A stretch of 64,000 nt of DNA, taken from the NCBI RefSeq assembly GCF_000315625.1, contig NW_005434580.1:209648-273647 (forward strand), read 5' to 3'. The DNA is from Guillardia theta CCMP2712 (lineage: Eukaryota; Protista; Cryptophyta). A program made the position numbers and the translations under genes. This document shows, piece after piece, positions 63,301 through 64,000 of the stretch (position 1 is the first letter of the stretch; each line of letters starts with the position of its first letter). The notes beneath the pieces were generated by a model that was not told the origin of the DNA, did no database searches, and saw only the letters and a list, made by a program, of their open reading frames with translations.

Positions 63301-64000
63301 AAGCTCGAAGCTGCTGAGAGTGCGCGAGAAATGGCCGCAGCCAAGGTTGGGGGGTGGGGGTGGGGGGAGGTTTGAGGAGGAGGAGGAGGAGGAGGAGGAG
63401 GAGGCGGAGGGATCAAGCATAGTAGCGGTAGGAGGAGGAGGATGACAATCTTTGCAGATGAAGGAGGAGGCAGCAGCTTCTCAGAAGCTTTCACAGAGGA
63501 TTGAGAGCCTCCTGGACAAGGTGAAGTCACGTATGAGAGAGCCTCTCATATCCTCGAACACCTCATCTTTCAATTTCTCTGTCAGAGAAAGATTGGGAAG
63601 AGGCGAGATGAAGGAAAGACTTCTCCTCCTAGCGTCAGAAGAGATGTAGGAGCAGGGCGGAGATGAGGACGAGGATTGAGAGCGAGGAGGTGGTAGAGGG
63701 GGAGGTGGAGGAGATGGAGAAGAGGGAAGAGTAGAAAGGAGTGAAATGGTTCTTGCCAAGGTTTTGGGCTGGAGAGACAGCGGATGAGAAATCGAAAGGA
63801 TGAGGGCGAAGAGGAGGGCAAGGATGGGAGTAGGAGGGGTTAACTCCACGCAGGTGTCGCTCCTTGAGCAGAAGAACGAGTCTCTCCTCGCTCAGCAGGG
63901 AGATAGTAAGGGAAGCGACAAGAATGAAGACGAGGAGCTTCAGGTGATCTTGCAGTGTTCCATCTCCTGTTCCTTATCCTCCTCCTCCTCCTCCTCCTCC
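60350..64000 (+). CDS. Long coiled-coil protein with 135-aa internal repeats (3' end outside the window)
   Basis: MGDQLASLESKITSLEKEKRQREFQ| followed by short exons, a large E/L/A/K-rich exon to ~62781 and further exons to the window edge. Confidence 0.8.
61050..62082 (+). repeat. In-frame 405-bp tandem repeat (~2.5 copies)
   Basis: ELERQLEELRATSAAAA... recurs at ~61052, 61457 and 61862 with near-identical DNA. Confidence 0.95.

Overview
Eukaryotic nuclear DNA from a compact protist genome. It has short GT-AG introns (often ~45-60 bp, many swollen by CT/CCT/CCTG microsatellites), GC-rich exons and an expanded RWP-RK family. This style suggests a cryptophyte such as Guillardia theta (inference, not verified). 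The first ~3.2 kb is foreign: an AT-rich, intronless, >1060-aa virion-fibre-like ORF (collagen, novel ~35-aa repeats, PA14 inserted in a LamG fold, beta-spiral-like shaft repeats) that ends at a sharp GC boundary, probably the broken end of an endogenous DNA virus (Polinton-like virus/virophage or giant-virus relic). Tail-to-tail with it, 80 bp away, is a spliced host gene with a class-A-scavenger-receptor/collectin-like layout: signal anchor or peptide, coiled coil, collagen, SRCR, beta/gamma-crystallin and five PA14 domains. Also recognisable are Snf7/CHMP4, GPN3, a Tudor-BAH-C2H2-SET methyltransferase, TRMO, a four-copy ~1.8-kb tandem gene array, four RWP-RK genes (one a pseudogene), a large Sfi1-like repeat protein with two chimeric frameshift junctions, HYLS1, decayed intronless ORFs, a 25-bp minisatellite, a short dispersed repeat in GC-rich divergent-promoter islands, and a coiled-coil gene with 405-bp repeats running off the right edge. 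All domain calls are by eye and gene ends are approximate where stated.
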